Assembly (NCBI RefSeq): GCF_030684315.1
Contig: NC_081394.1
Span: 5,426,163 to 5,490,162, forward strand
From: Stegostoma tigrinum
Lineage: Eukaryota
Direction of reading: 5' to 3'
Length of the DNA stretch: 64,000 bases
The position numbers were made by a program, and so were the translations under genes. The number at the start of each line of letters is the position of its first letter. Positions within the stretch are counted from its first letter, which is position 1. Below, piece by piece: positions 61,801 through 64,000 of the stretch. Under the pieces are notes generated by a model. That model saw nothing but the letters and a program-made list of their open reading frames with translations, had not been told where the DNA came from and ran no database searches.

Positions 61801-64000
61801 GGGCTGGACACTCCACAGGAGCTGTGCTGACCGACGGAGGGAGGGCCACAGGAGACAGGGAGAGAACCCTGCAACAGTTCCTTATCCCACTGTGAGTGGA
61901 AAGATGGTGAGCACAGCGATGTGGATATTGAGTGGAACAAGGAAAGCCAGGATGGGATTCCTAATGACTGAATCCTCCAATTCCCAACTTCGAGGGAAGG
62001 TTTGAAAAGGCTGAGGCGAGTTATATAGCAGCTGTAACGTGGGATACAGGAATGACCAAAAACAATCTGACACTGAGACACACACAAGCAATGAGACATT
62101 CCTTGAAAATCAGCTTCAATGAGCACTGCGTGGGTGTGGCTTAGGGTGCATTGATCCCAGCATTCACTCGAGTGAAACTTTCTTACATTCCCTTAAAAAC
62201 AAATACATCACACATTTCCTAAAGAGACAAGACTGTGCACAGGCCTCCAGTTTGCTTCTGATACATATCCTTATAGAACCTGCAGCAAGATCTCCTTCCT
62301 CTGACCCACCTGCAAGGAAGGTGACTATCCCATTCCCCTTCCTCATTCCTTACATGGTAACTTAGCGATTTGTCTACAATTTCCTCTGAATGACACATTC
62401 ACTGGCCTTTCACCTTGTAAAAATAGCCTTTTCCATTCACTCTTCACTTTTTTTTACACAAGCCACGACAGTTATGGTCCAGTCAATTATCCAGCCTACC
62501 CCTGTTTGCAGCCTCTGTATCCTCCTCGCAGCTTACTTTCCCACTGAGCTTTGTATCATCAGCAAACTGGGACAATTATTCTCTATCCCCTCATCCCAGT
62601 CGCTGATATAGATTGTGAGTCACTGAAGTCCCAGCACTGATCCTTACAGCACCAGTTACATCCTGACAGCTGAAAATGACCGATTTGTTCCTGCTCTGTT
62701 CCTGTGCATTAACCAATCCTCAGTCCATTCTGTATAGCCACCTCATTCTATGAGCCCTCATCTTGTGCGACAACTTATTGTGAGTCACCTACTTAAATAC
62801 CTCCTGAAATTCCTGATATATGCCCCATCCTCTGGTTTTCCAGTGGGATACCTCTTGCTCCGTTCCAATCCATGAGGACTATTCAGCAACAAGAGGATGA
62901 CAAGCAGGAAGTGACTGGGTGATGCTGCTCAGGCTGGATTGAAGCATCCTCACAGCTCAGGGAATGGACAGGGGCAGAGCGCAACAACATTTCATGCAGT
63001 TTCATACAAAGAAAAAAGGGTAACCATGGAAATTGTGAAACATTCCAGAACTCACCACCTTTTTCGCTTCCGAATGTTATAAACCACAAGTACAACAACA
63101 ACAAAAACAGCAACAATCCCGATTCCCAATCCAACTCTTGCTCCAGTGGAGATTCCAGGACCTACAGACAGAATGAAGACATGAGCAAACTGGGACACAT
63201 GAACAAAACTAACAGCAGAGACCCTCAGCACCTAGTGTTTCAGAATGAGCCCCACTACAAACAGATCCCTGGGCGATTCTAGTCCTGGAGGGATGTGGGA
63301 GGCTAGATCACATAGATGAGAATATAGCTGCAGATAAACAGATATAAACCAATCGCATTGAACACAATCATAATTATAATCCTCTGATACACACCTCCTT
63401 TACGCACAGACATACGCACAAACAAACAGAGAAAATAGATTACTCGCGTGAGTGGAGAAAGCCGGAAAGTCAGTTCAGGCATCTTTCGTAATTAGTTTCC
63501 TGCAAGTTGCAACTGAACTTTTTACAAGCTCAGAGAATGGGCAGCTTCTGCGGCACAATCTTTTGTCTCATTCGTTCTGTGTGTCTGTGTCTCTGGGAAT
63601 TGTTTTCCACCACTCTCCGAATTCAAAAGGGATGGAAAGTGGGAGAGTGAAAAGAAGGCAAGAGATAAGGAAAGGATAACTGGGAACGCTTCACGGTGTC
63701 CTCCTCAGATCAAAAGGGAAAGTACCGAGGGTGGAAGTGAAAGTCAGAAGCCAATGGTGTTTCCATGGTACCAAGGTGGGACACTTGCATTCAGAATGCT
63801 GGAGGTTCAACTGGAAACTGATAGGACGGATTGGAGTTTGTAAGAATGAGTCTGAAAAAGAAAGAAATCAGGTTGTAGCTCGAATTAAAATTAGAGGTAG
63901 ACTCTGCCGTGAATGTCACAAAAATTCATAGCATAGATGAGAAATACGAAGGATTTTTGTGCACGGGCCATTTTCTTCAAAGGAAGAATCCAAGTTGATA
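58844..64000. repeat. Tandem unit D (runs off the window)
   Basis: Same junction; includes the TM exon at 63056-63161. Confidence 0.95.
63056..63161 (-). CDS. Transmembrane exon of gene D (rest of gene beyond window end)
   Basis: Same 106-nt exon as 29066-29171: tgtag|GTCCTGG...AGGTG|gtgagt. Confidence 0.7.

Noticed and set aside
24847-64000. CRISPR array or other prokaryotic system
   Set aside because: The repeats are 11-kb segmental duplications in intron-containing, LINE-rich vertebrate DNA; there is no short repeat-spacer structure.

Overview
Eukaryotic, repeat-rich vertebrate DNA, most likely from a cartilaginous fish (shark): it carries Penelope-like, CR1, Rex/Babar and Gypsy remnants of the kind abundant in shark genomes (inferred, not searched). 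The window is a recently amplified, birth-and-death cluster of non-rearranging genes that each encode a single Ig V-set domain of the B7/butyrophilin (CD276/ICOSL/MOG/BG-like) type. Splice signals read on the minus strand give this model: exon 1 (33 aa) - leader exon - V exon - 13-aa stalk exon - then either a 4-codon terminal exon (D/G-T-G-L-stop, predicted secreted) or a phase-compatible transmembrane exon with a short basic tail. There is no IgC domain. About 3.5 near-identical ~11.33-kb tandem units (24847 to the window end) carry three apparently intact genes plus the TM exon of a fourth. To their left are a 15.6-kb ancestral-type unit with a head-to-head inverted pseudogene, a 5.5-kb-offset duplicate whose truncated V is fused in frame to a new hydrophobic leader, and several decayed paralogues. 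Differences between the young V domains concentrate in the F-G (CDR3-equivalent) loop, where copies carry either a free Cys or an N-glycosylation sequon.
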